A stretch of DNA of 64,000 bases. Source: Daphnia carinata (lineage: Eukaryota). The stretch is taken from positions 7,130,001 to 7,194,000 of the forward strand of contig NC_081333.1 in assembly GCF_022539665.2 (NCBI RefSeq), given 5' to 3'. Below the pieces are notes generated by a model. It saw only the letters and a program-made list of their open reading frames with translations, made no database searches and was not told where the DNA came from. Each line of letters begins with the position of its first letter. The first letter of the stretch is position 1. The translations under genes were made by a program, and so were the position numbers. Positions 26,901-41,005 of the stretch are shown here, piece after piece.

Positions 26901-29900
26901 ATTAAAATAAGTACTTGAAATAAAAGCTCAATGAAGCAGAGACATTAGAAGCTTTAGTTCTTCGAACACAAAGATCTACTCTCCTCTGACAAGCTTGTTC
27001 ATCAATTCCCAGGCATCTATCGATCGAGGAAAGGAAAATCGTTTTAAAACAAAACTCTGAAGAAAATGTGAAAAAAAAACACGATTTATCGATCGAATTC
27101 TCCCAAAAATATCAGCGAACGGGTGACGTGCTTCCATTACATGAGTCACGGGCTGTCCAACTCAATCCACAAAGGGACAATATTCTTAGCCTGTCTACAG
27201 TCAACTAACTACATACACATGTGACTGCGAATATGTGGCTAGAAAAAGGATGAAGGTGCCAAGAAAACAAGAAGGAAATGGAAATTATTGGTTAATATAC
27301 GCCACCCAAGAGGTCGACGAAATGGTATGGCATCAGTCGTCGACAGAAGAACAGGATCTCATTTCCGGGTAAGATGGTGGCTATTTGATATGCGTCCTGT
27401 TGCGTTGTGCTTTATACCCGGTATCCGTGTCAGTTCATTTATCATATGTGCTCCAACGTTAGCTGATAAACATTAGAAAACCTTAAAAAAAAATGGTGAC
27501 GTAAAGAATAAAGAAAGCTTTCCAGGACCCCCATATTAAAGAACGTACACCCAGGTCCCAGTGAGATTAGCAGGCGGCCCATTCGTCAAAGAAAAAGAAG
27601 TAACATGCAATTGTTCGACACTATCGCTCACTGTTCACCGTCAGGTTAGTGCAACTAACCCTCTCTGTCTTCTTCATCTGAGATCTCCCGCGATGAATAA
27701 TGCTACTGTAGGACAAAACAAATCTGCAAGATTTTGTTAGATTGTGCCTTTGTACTAATCTGTGCCAGACGCCATTTTCAAAAGATCGCAGCAAGAAAAA
27801 AAAAACAGCAAACAAAAATGGCCTTTGAGGAATGTTTAGTCATCGCACGGCACAGCTGGCCGTAACTAATAAGAGCTTTTAAAGTTTGTTGAAAAAAAGG
27901 ACTTTTGGGTGATCGCCCAGTAATGCCCTTCTTCCAATTTCACGCAATTGAACGTGCGGCAACAATTGACGTCCACATAGCAAGACGGAGTTTTTCTTTT
28001 TTCTTAAACCAATATTGACTTATACACAAACGATTTGCTACAGCTCTCTTTTGTTTTGTTTTTTTATACGTTCCTGTGATTGTTTAATTCGTCAAGGCAG
28101 CGAACATGCGACAGGTGGTTTTTCTTTTTTCTCTCTATCCTGTCGTGCTAATGCGCGTTAGTCTTTTGTTTACCGACACACATACACGGACACACGGAGA
28201 ACTCTGGCGAGGTTGAAAAATTCCAGCAGTACAACCACACATTAGTCGACCAAGACACCCTCCAAAACGAGGAGATAACAGTCGCCAGACCAGCTGTTAT
28301 TTAAAAAAAAATGCCTACAAAAAAAAGTTTACTTTAGATCGGCATAAAATCCAGAAAAAAAAAAAACAATATAATTTTTTTTTTCAAACAACACCTTAAT
28401 GAACAATATTCCTATTGCAATCAAAAGCTTATAAAACAGCGAGGAGAAACCATGGAAAAATTGCTCAAAGAGGGTAATGGTGGGTGTGCGAACATCTGAT
28501 CGAAATCCACGCATTATCAAGGGGGTTCGTTGCCCAGATTGCCGTACAATGCACATGTAATGTTCAATGTCCAGCAATTAAAACCAAAAATGGCGGAGAA
28601 AAAAAAAACAACAACAACATAAGATTCAAAAATCAACGAAGAGTTAGCAACTACATTTTATTTTACTTTGGCCGCGCTAACCACACACAAAAAAAAACAT
28701 TAAAAAGTTAAAAATTAAACAACAAAAAATACATACCTCAAAGTCAAGGTTCTTTCTTTCTATAGCCGGACTCTACCGTGCAGTCGGACGGAAAGGAAAG
28801 AATGAACGGACAAAAAAAAAATGAAACAGAAATAAAGTATTATTTGATGTTTAAAATTGAAAAAGAAGAAAATATAGATGCCGAGTTGGTTTGTCATTTT
28901 TTGAATAAAAAAAAATATGCCGTGTATTGTGCCCTTCCGCCACCGAAGACGGATGAACATTGCCGGAGCAAGGTTTAAAACTCGCGCGTAAGACACAGCA
29001 GATGGTAACTTTCTGGTGTTCTTGGTATCTCCTTTTTTTTTGTTGTTGTTGATTTTTTTTTTCTTTGAAAATAAAGAAAATGAAAAAGAAAGTAAAATGC
29101 ATTTTGAGCGGAATACAAAGCTGGCCTCATGATTGCAGTACTTTTGTATAGGTTTTTCATGACTTGTCTTTCAAAGTTTTCCTTTGCTGCTATAAGAAAC
29201 TATCATTCTACTGCTGGAACGACGTTCCTTCTACATCCTCCCCAGCGAAATTGTCTTCCTCACGAGGCGTCTTTACATTTATGGATGTTTCTAAAGCTAA
29301 GGCCCAGATATTACCTTTTTATGAACTGTGATTACAATCATATAAACCAGAATTTACGAAGGATTCACCAACTAGCGTCTCCTTCTCCGGGAATATCTTC
29401 TTCCGTATCATTTTTGTCTTTTCTTTTAAGAGTGAGTGTTTTATCTTCGCCATTACTATTTGTTGGAATTTCTTGATGAAAACAACAAATGTAAATAAGA
29501 GTCCTTCGACTATTGCTGGAGGTACAAGTCGCCTCTTTTCGAGCGGTTACCGCAGAGCTAATGAAAAAATACAATCCATCTTGTCCATTTCCACTCTTTT
29601 TTTTTGTGATTAGGAAATCTGTCCATTGAGAAGAATTGAATTTCATTCAACTGTTTTTTTTGTTACATCTGCAGACGACAAAAAATTAGATCTAATCTAG
29701 AGTGACTGCCATAGACTCCTAGGTCTTGATGACTCAGTCCAATATTGGCCTCAGGATGACGCAATCTGAAGACCTCATCCAATTCAATGTTCGTTCTACA
29801 ACACGGCTTATAATCCACATTTGTATGGAACAATTAGAAAAAGTAGAACATTCTCAAAGCTAACGATAGAAGTACTGAGTCTATCTATAATTATGTTGTT

Positions 29901-30600
29901 GCAAGATAAAGTTTAATACTAACGAGGGCTCGGCCCATGAATCGATTAGTGGGCAGTAACAGAACGGAGATTAAGAAGAAGAAGTTTGAAAATCCAAGTT
30001 TTCCCCAATTAAACATGACCCAACTAAAAACCCATCAGGATCCCAGAGGAAATCGGATCGAAAATGATTATTTTACTGAAGACAATTGTTTCGTTGAAAA
30101 AGAAAACAAACAAATGTATCCGCCATTTTCTTTTAATAAATAATGAAATATTTGGGACTAACCTCAACAAGGTCAATTGTGTTCTTTCGTCGGTGGAAAG
30201 GAAACGGCAACATAACGACATGTTGAAGGATAAAGTGCTGTTAAGCACGATGCCATAGCACGCATAGAATTGTTCAGAAAATCACGTTGTCGACCGCAAG
30301 AATCCCAGTCGAACAGTCAAATGCATTCATGTGGTCCGGCAACTAACTGGTTGCACATTTTTTAAAGCAAGATTGAAATGTCATCTAACGGCCATTTTAA
30401 TGGTATCTTCCTTACCTGCCCCATTCATAAAACCATATTCTTCTTTTGCTAACATGGAAATGAAAACAAGATAAGCAAGCCTATAAAAATTGAAATTTTT
30501 TTTTAAAAAGATGATGATCTTTATTTGTGTCAGAATGAGAAAATGATAATGGAAGAGAAATACGTTTTTATGAACACTTCAGCGTACATCGTGGCGGTTT

Positions 30601-33600
30601 TCAGTCATTGTGCAAACGCGATCGTCTCTTTGTTTTGATGGTCGTGCTATCGTCAATTTGCGCAGCAGCAGACGCTCTTTTGGCCGCCCGTGTTTTGCCC
30701 TCTTCCAGCTTCACAGGTGTTTCTTCGTGTGAGCTCAACGATTCAGTTCGACGGGCAAGATCTCGTGTTTCACGTCGAATTGGACGCGTTGATTCTACGT
30801 TATGGGCTGCTAACAACTGGGCATTAACAAATTCCTACAGACAGAAAAAGAATTTCAAATTTCAAATTCACCAACAAAAAGGCAATTGCAATGGAAAATC
30901 CTTTACCTGAATAATGGTAGTGCTTTCCGTATACATTTCCTTTGCTAGACGATTAACTTCATGATAAGTGGGGTTGTATATGATTGAATTGAAGAACATG
31001 AGAGATATGTCTCGTTGGAATTCCACAGTGCTTCGAATAGCTCCGCTTTCGATGTTCTTTTTAATCGTACTCAAATCCATCGGCCTAGAAAATTAATTTA
31101 AGTAAACCGAACCTCAATCATGATTTTAAAAATAGTCTCAATGAATCTATTTACCGCATGACCAAACTTCGATATCCTGGGACACTCTCTTCTGTAATTG
31201 GTTTGGCAAAAAGAGATGCATTTTTGTGGCTAGATATGTCTCGCCATACCAACAGTATGGACTTTTTCCAGGTTCTGTAATCTCGATCATCCTCCCTATT
31301 AGACAAGCTAAATTTATATTTCTTCATAAAAAATAAAAGTTACGATTATTTGTTTGAACTTACGCTACGGTACTGACTGACGAAGTCGGGCTATTAGGAG
31401 TGGAATCAATACCACTGGACGGGGCCGGGGATGTAGACGGGACGTACAGAGGTGGAGGCAAGGAAGTCTTCTTCTTCCCAACGCCAGTAGGTACAACAGT
31501 TTCGGATGGTTCCTCTGCAACTTCTGTATCTTGCTCGTCAGACTGTAGTCCTTTACGACCAGAACTACGCCTCGTCGTCGGACCCAGTTCAGAGGGTTTA
31601 GTTTTTTCATCGCTGGGTGTCCCTTCTGCTTCACTGACAATCTCCTTCTTCCGACTGCCACGTTGAGCACGTCGAGTTGTTTTTGGCGTTTCTGTCTCTG
31701 ATTTAGAAGTGGAATCTGCTTCTACTGTCTTTTGTTGTTTTTCTTCAACTTTTTCGTCAGCCGACTCTTCATGTACTTCTTCAACTATCTTTTCTTCTTC
31801 CTCATTTGTCACTTCCTCTTCTTCGACAGGTTCTGACTTCACGTCTCCAACGGTGGGTGTTACGTCTACGGCCATCTCTTCAACAGTTTTCTCAACATCT
31901 TCAGTGTGGCTCACTTCAATTTCACTGTCGAACGCAACTGTAACTTCTGGCTGCTCGTCTTTAGCAGCTAGTTCAATGTCATCCTCCGCTTTCGACAAGT
32001 ATTCAGCTTCTTTCTTTATGGCAGATTCAACAGTTTCTGCCAACAGGTCATGGGCTGGAGTTTCCTTTTCGGCTGATGGTTTTGACTCTTCTATCTGCTT
32101 GGCACAGCTTTCCTTCTCTGTTCGGACTATTGTAACATCATTAACGTCGACAGTTTCTTCGAGCACAGCTTGTTCCTCGTTTTCAGGCACTAAAGTTTCT
32201 TCCATTTTTTCGGCTTCAATATCTTGATTTTTTGTTTGCACTTCATTTTTATTCGGGACAGAAACAGTAGACACCTCGGTTTCCTCGCTTACTGTCAAAT
32301 CGGGCAAAGGTTTTCCCGGTGAGTTGAGTGGTAATTCTAATAGGTGAGTTAATGTCGGAGCTGCTACTCGTGTTCCTGGAGAGGTTGAGGCGACTTTGAT
32401 AGATGAGGTGTCTTCTCCAATGGCAGTAGATACCAAATTCTTCAGTCCAGGCGACAGGCCACTTGGAGAGGCTATGCTCATGCAAAATTCAAGTTAGTGG
32501 TGTAGTCCGTTTCACCAAAAATAAACAAACAAACAAATAAATACTTAGTGTAAACGGCTTTGAAGGTGGAGTCGTAAATCCTTTGGTGGCATTTGGTGGG
32601 ACACTGGCCGTGGCAGTGGGACTCCTCAAAAGACTAGTGAGCAAAGGCGAAGATGGGGTAGCGGCTGGAACAACTGGGGTGATGCTACCTCCAGTACCAC
32701 CCTGCTTAGCTTCACTAGGAGAAGCGGTGGTCGTCTCCCGCACCTCCTCTGTCGAAATGTCGATATTGAGCTGGTCTGTTACTGACGGACTACCAGTCGT
32801 CATTTCTCCATCCACCGCTTCGGAATTGATGCTAGTTTTCGTAGGTGAACGTAACATTAATTGCTGCGCTTGTTTTAACTCTTGTTGCTTTGACTCGCGT
32901 TCTTGCAGCCATTTTAGGTGAGATTTTTGCTCGTTTAGTTTGTTTTCGTTTTCCCTATAAAGATACGAAGTCAACAATAGTAAAAGTTTTTTTTTTTTCA
33001 CCATCTAATTAAATCTATCCTTACTCATCGATTTGTTTACTAATTTCTGGTAGCCGGTCGTCGAGTTTTCCATCTTGAACTAAATCCAACTCTTTCTTTA
33101 GTTTTTGATACTCTCGGCGTGACGACTCCAACAGTTGCTGTAGCTCTTCTATGCGCTCTGAAATGCACCACCAAATTGTTCTATGCATTTGTATTCTAGT
33201 GAAAAATGCTTGTTGTGTTTACCCTGAGTTAGTTGTCTAAGAATGATCTCTCCAGCTGTTTCTCCTTGTAATGAATCTGTTGACCCTGAACTTGGATGCC
33301 TCTCCCCTCTTTTTCTTTTATGGGCACCTGTTTTCTCCAGCAGGCTATTATATTGCAAGGCACAGTTTCTGGGTGACAACCAATCTTGTGGACGATTTGG
33401 TTCAGCAAATAGTTTTAAGGATCGGCTCACAGAAACCCTTTCATGAGAACTGTAGCTTTAGACTGTCTTTGTTTTAAATTTGTTGTAAAGTTTAAAAAAA
33501 TAAAATACCAGTTTTGATCACCGCTGCGAAGTACGGAAGAGGCCAAACACAGTTGCTCACGAACAGACCAAGTATCAATAGAAACCATTTTCATCTTGAG

Positions 33601-33986
33601 CTCTAAATTAATCCCAAAAATATTTATTTAATCACTCAACACTGAATGTATTTCAATTAAGCTTCATCCTGTGTTTTATTTCCAAATACAAATATGATTA
33701 TTCTCCTTCTCTACATGGTCAACCACACAAGACATGCACGAAAACTGTCAACAATGACTAACAACTCTAGCTGGCAAACAATCAAGATATTTTTATTAAC
33801 GAAAATCTCGATGGATTACTGAAAACCCACATTAAAGTGAAATTGAATTCTGTACTTCCTTGGAACTAAACTAGAGAAAATGTTTTGTACACACAATGCT
33901 TTAATACACTATATGGCAATTAGCAACGGGCTATAAAGGAAGGAAAAGTTACTTTGTTGTGACGAAATCTTCTCCGGACTCGCCAT
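30601..33986 (-). CDS. BRD8: Bromodomain-containing protein 8 (NuA4/TIP60 subunit), 9 coding exons
   Basis: Exons approx 33986-33953, 33602-33509, 33437-33223, 33157-33025, 32954-32546, 32472-31364, 31295-31155, 31085-30907, 30835-30601, all GT-AG. The N-terminus WSVREQLCLASSVLRSGDQNWVSVSRSLK...DWLSPRNCALQY matches the BRD8 N-terminal motif. SPLLTSLL and APTLTHLLE are LxxLL-type motifs. An acidic middle region precedes the C-terminal bromodomain (FAKPITEESVPGYRSLVMRPMDLSTIKKNIESG...FFNSIIYN). Confidence 0.95.
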
Positions 33987-34388
33987 TCCTCAAGAAAATT
34001 CCTTTGTAGAATCTAGTCTACCTCGAGTTTTTTCGGCTTGGTATTCTATTTTTGTTTAATATTCATACTCACATTCACAATCTATGTATTGACTGGGACG
34101 CTCTATAAAATGACAATCAAGCGATAATTGTCGGGAAACATTGCGGGAAGCATAAAAAGGCCGGATCACATAATTTTAGTTAAAGATTTCAGATGCAAAG
34201 CAATAGATGGCGAAACTGGTGTGACCGTTCTTTTTTAATAACAGTCCGCAGCTTATGAAAGGGCGTGATCTACTGTTTTGGACCTTGTTTCCTTGTTTCC
34301 ATTGGCCTCTCTGTCAAACCATAAACTTTTGGTTAGTTATTCGTTGCCTTATAGTTACGTCAAAGAAAATTGTTTATCAAACGAAATC
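33987..34388. promoter_or_regulatory. Bidirectional promoter region between BRD8 and CHMP3
   Basis: Head-to-head ATGs about 400 bp apart. Contains TGGTGTGACCG at 34217-34227, the reverse complement of an Ohler Motif-1-like YGGTCACAC, and a TGGTATT Motif-6-like site near 34040. Confidence 0.6.
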
Positions 34389-35472
34389 ATGGGATTGTTT
34401 GGGAAAACGCCAGAAGCTAACCCAAAAGACAAGGTAAAAGAAGTTTCGTTTTCCAAAAATTAAACGTTACTGGCAGGACAAAGATAGCGGGATTGAACGA
34501 AATTGTATAGGACTCGCATGAGCCTTAGATTTAATAATATCCAACCATGTTGTTTCAAGGTGAACGAGTGGTGTAGCAAACTTCGAAAGGAGAGCTCCCA
34601 ATTAGACCGTCAAATTCGCGGTACTTTAAACATTATGAAAGCTTGCTCCTGTAACTAATGTTAACCTAAATGAACCAAAAGGTATTCAGAGGGAAGAAGA
34701 AAAGGTAAAGAGAAGTATGAAGGAAGCTGCCAAAAAAGGGGATAGAGATGTCTGCATAATACTTGCCAAAGAAATCGTTCATTCAAGGAAGGCCATTTCA
34801 AAAATCTATACATCCAAGGCTCACATAAATTCTATATCAATGCAGATGAAAAATCAATTAGGTTCATATCTTTTAGCATAATATATGTTTTTCTGGCTGA
34901 CTAATAATATTGAACAGCAACCCTACGAATTGCTGGAGCACTTCAGAGGTCCACAGAAGTAATGAAAGCCATGCAGCAACTGATAAAAATACCAGAGGTT
35001 GCAGCCACTATGAGAGACCTTTCAAAGGAGATGATGAAGGTTTTCTTTTGAACCAAATATAAATTGATTATGAGATTGCACTTATTATTGTTCAGGCTGG
35101 TATTATTGAGGAAATGCTAGAAGATACCTTGGAAGGCCTTGAGGACACTGAGGAGCTTGAAGAAGCTGCTCAGCAAGAAGTTGATAAGGTTCGTTTTCGA
35201 GTCTTTTTTTTTTTTTCTATATATATATATATATTTATATTTCGTTTTCACTTTTTAATCTTTCATGTTTAGTTTTCAGTTAATAAAAAAAAATATTTTT
35301 ATTTTATTACAAACTGATGCAGGTTTTGTGGGAAATAACAGCCGGTCAGTTAGGGAAAGCTCCGGCTGCTGTTACCGACTCTCTTCCTGTTCCGGAAGCC
35401 GTTGCGTCTACAGCAGATGACGAAGAGGATTTGGGAGAAATGCAATCCCGTCTACAAGCCCTGAAAAGCTGA
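34389..35472 (+). CDS. CHMP3: Charged multivesicular body protein 3 (ESCRT-III VPS24), 6 exons
   Basis: Exons approx 34389-34433, 34560-34621, 34682-34861, 34917-35039, 35096-35188, 35323-35472. The spliced protein MGLFGKTPEANPKDKVNEWCSKLRKE...IQREEEKVKRSMKEAAKKGD...AGALQRSTEVMKAMQQLIKIPEVAATMRDLSKEMMKAGIIEEM...EMQSRLQALKS* has the Snf7-family VPS24 signature and a C-terminal MIM1. Confidence 0.97.
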
Positions 35473-35814
35473 AAACTTTAAAAATACGTTTAATAGATTC
35501 GGTCATCGTTTAAATTTTAAAGCTAATCATATTGAGATAACCCTAGTTCCATTTCATTACGTGGGGCCCTGAGTATTACGTAAATTGGCAACTAGGACGT
35601 TACACGCTGTACAAATTCTACATACTATAAGCTCTTATTATATGATTACATTTGTTCAAACGTACCAGCTTAACTAAGTTTCTAAAAAAAATGTCAGAAA
35701 ATAGAGGCAGAAGTAAATATTAACCTACTCATTGGTTGTGGATGATGTATTTTTTTTTTCTTATGCACCAACTTCGGATAATTTACACAAAATTTTCCTT
35801 CAACGAGAATGGGA

Positions 35815-37166
35815 CTATTTATGTTTTTTGGATGGCCGATACCTTTCCCAAGAACGATGATTGAGCTGACTAATATCTTCGAGAGGTGCAATATCTTTTA
35901 AATATTGAGCTAGATATAAGAGTTCGCGATCTTTGTCACGATTGAGATGTGCTTCTCGAAAGGCTCGAATACGAAGACCGTTCTGGGGATTCATTAAAAA
36001 GTTCCTTCGTATGTCGTCGAACATGATGGTGTTTTTTGAAGTATAAACGCCAGGGAATTTTCCCCAAATCACAGCAAGAGGCTTCACCTAAACGAAATTG
36101 TGAAATTTTAATTACTGCTTCAAAAAAATTTCGCCACAGATAACATACATCCAGTAACCCGTATTTATCCATATGTACTGAAATCATTGCCAAATAGTCT
36201 AGGTATCCTAATATCTTGTAGTTCTGGTTTGTCGATACCCCAAGTAATTTCATTTTTTCTTCGATCCATTTCTAAGAATAGAAACCTTTATTACTAAGAA
36301 AATCAAACATAATGTTATTCTGCAAGAACACACCATAGATGTTGCAGACCATATCATGATATCATAATCCTGTAACAGCAAAAACAATCCAATCAATTTA
36401 TCTAAACGTCTTGACGATCAGACCTGTATGTTAAACAACATTCCCATGGTACGTACTTCATATGCAGCAGTTAGAAATTCGTGCAAGAACGGCCTCATCA
36501 ATTCATTGCCAGTCTCTGCGGCCGAGCGATGATCAAAAAGTGTATAGTCTATGTCCAAAACTAGTAATTTTTTTCCTTGTCTTGGTTCATTCAGCAGTTT
36601 GATTTCATAGCTATCCACTCGTTTGGCAATCTGGAAAACGTAGAAATTCTTTTAATGAAACTGAAAGAAATATAGATATATGGTTAATAGCATACTTTGC
36701 TTAGGTATTCTTCTCTATTTTCCAAAGCTATTTCTTCTTCAGTCATGTCTAAATCATTTATTATCTGATCAACAATTTCTGGGACAGTAGATGCTGTAGT
36801 GATATCCTGTTCCAGTGAACCCATCATCATGATTTTAAATCCTACTTTTAGGTCCAAACTACTTAACTTCGCTGCATCTTCAGCTGGTTTTCCTGAACAG
36901 GAAAGAAATGATGTTAATGAGATTAATGGATTATGTATTGTGTGGCCTTGCATTGCAGCACTGAACTGTTTACAATGGCTTGATTATTTTGTATTGGACC
37001 ACATACCCTTGAATTTTAAGTTTAATAATTTTTGTCTTTCTACTTTAACTCCTGTTTCAACTTCAATGGCTTTTTTTAGACACAAAACTGTGCCTTCTTT
37101 ATCAACATGGATTGAGTACTCTTTCGCAGACCATTTGACCACAAAACTTATCAGGACGTCGGTCAT
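35815..37166 (-). CDS. UBLCP1: Ubiquitin-like domain-containing CTD phosphatase 1, 6 exons
   Basis: Exons approx 37166-37007, 36892-36696, 36630-36457, 36369-36334, 36271-36150, 36088-35815. N-terminal UBL (VKWSAKEY...[13 protein letters not shown]), HAD motif [15 protein letters not shown], and C-terminal [22 protein letters not shown]. Confidence 0.96.
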
Positions 37167-38577
37167 GATAGACAAATAAATAAATAACCAAAATATTTAA
37201 TTAACAAAGAACAATAAGTGGCTCGACACGTCAACTCGAAATTTCTTTTTTCACTTCTTGAGTCTTAGTTCTGAACTAGAAAGTCAACAATCGAACTTCA
37301 CAAAGTTGTCAAATGTACATAAACTAGAAGTCTCTTTTACAGCGCGGCTAGGGGCATATGCAAAATGCAATCAAGATTTTCAAAAAATCAATTATACGGA
37401 ATACAGCTTACTTAGAAATATTGATGTGAAAAAAAACATGGCGCGGTTTAGATGATTAGCCGGCAATCAGGGTGGTCCAGCAAAAACGTAGTGGGACAGT
37501 GCACTTCACATGGCATAATGGAAACAAACTCATGCATAAGTTAGGTGCTAGTATAAGTAGGTTAGTTATTAGTAATTGGTTGGGTTGGTGGTAAAGTGCA
37601 ACCGTCAACTCAACTTTTATCGTATTAATAGTTTTCTTATTAAGAGTAACCGTATTAACAGTATTAACTTACCCTATTACGTTGGACTCCGCCACGGAGA
37701 AAATTTAGCACTTCCACTGGAACGTTTATCAACCTTGACTGATTAACCGCTTGATCAACATAATATAGTTCATAAAAACGCATATCTGCTACGCTTGCAG
37801 TTTTGAGATGAAGCGAGCAACTTTCATAAATATTGGCGCTTCTTTGAATTGGTTTCCAAATGCCTGTGCAGCACAATAATGTAAAAACATCCCATTGTCC
37901 TTTAACATTTTTCTGCTACTCAAAATTCCCCATACGTTTTCGTCTTTTTGATCAATAAAATTCATACTTAAACATATAACCATTTTGTTTGACTTCTTAT
38001 TACTTCAAATCAGTTCCTTTTTATCCCACTCCAACGTGGCGTTGTTTGAAACGTTATTCACGTGAATGAACTCATCCCAAGCTGTATTGATAATGGGGCT
38101 GTTTTTCGTTGAAACGCTCTAGTGCCAAGCCACGTTTAAAGTGGGTGCGTTTTTTGTCGCTTGTGTAGGAAATTTTGCTTTTTTAGGTGAGGTAGGCGGG
38201 CTGTGATTCAATCAATTTTTGATGCCACGACCCTCTGTAGCCTGAACTTATGTACAGGTGAGCGGACGGAAAAAGTTCGAAAGAGCCAAAATCCATATAT
38301 ACCGAAGGACAATCCTGGGCATAGTGTTGACCCTCTAGGGTAAATAGACCTAGTAATCATGTTGGTGTTTTATCTACACACACGCGCTTCTTGTTAATGC
38401 TCGTACTTTTATTAATAACTTGCCCGAGAAAAAACAGTCCGTGAACACATTACTCCGAAAATAAAAGCAAAGCAAACATGTACCTACGGAAGTGTAGCAG
38501 CTCTTATTATTTCTTTTGGTGTAAAGCAAAATCGTGCTTAAACCCGAAATCGTGTCGGACACCAAAGCTGAGCAATT

Positions 38578-40228
<1,651 letters not shown>

Positions 40229-41005
40229 CCTTGAGTGGGAATGTTTGCAAATAACCTTTCGGGAGCACGTCGTGATCGAAAAGACCGGGCAAAGCAGACT
40301 AACAAGTACATGACATCCTAGCCGACAGTAATTTTGTTGTAAGGCCTGCTCCTTCTATCAAAAGACACATTTAAGACGAGCGCTATTCCACAGCGCCTCT
40401 GGTATTGAAAAAAAAACGTGAAAAAAATCCTAATACTTCATTACATTACATTGTTACGACTTACTACCCTTGCTAGCAAAAGGATGGATGTTAAAAAATT
40501 TACGTTTATCCTGGAACTCACAGCATTTCTAAACATTAGCATTTAATAAAATAAACCACTTCATTATTTTTCCCTTTTCGGCCGATGGACACCGCTTCTT
40601 GGTACGTGCGCCTTTAATATGATACTAAATTGGGGAAAAAATATTTTGATAAAAAGTGAAATGCAATAAAGTTTACAATAGTGATAAATAAAATGGAAGT
40701 TTTCCTGAAACAATTCTGCGCTATAATAATAACATTTTAAAGAAATAAAACTTTGCCTTGTTGGCCTTACCTCAGTACTACTATGTAGTCAGTATTACAA
40801 CATGCCTCTGAGCTGCGGCTGCTATCAGCTAGTAGTCGACTAGAGTTGAGTTCAATGGTTTCTGCCTGAAGGAACTCGTTAAAAGCATTCAACTAAGCGA
40901 CGTTGTTGACGTGGCTGAATTTTCAAGCGTCATAAGCAGTATCAGGAAGTTTTCTGTAGTTGCGAGACTTTTTTGTTTTCTCCGATATTTAATAAAGTAA
41001 CAGAA

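Noticed and set aside
1500..29100. Dozens of 60-195 aa ORFs rich in poly-F, poly-K, CV and HT runs (also in 48-61 kb)
   Set aside because: They are translations of A/T homopolymers and CA/GA microsatellites, with no domains or splice-consistent models.
31400..32921. Ser-rich plus-strand ORFs (31709-32227, 32583-32921 and others)
   Set aside because: Antisense shadows of the acidic BRD8 exons.
37664..38120. Minus-strand reading frame with an in-frame TGA (…DKKELI*SNKKSNKMVICLSMNF…), considered as a selenoprotein or transposon remnant
   Set aside because: No recognisable domain, further stops nearby, and no SECIS or terminal repeats visible. It may simply be ADK 3' flank or decayed sequence.
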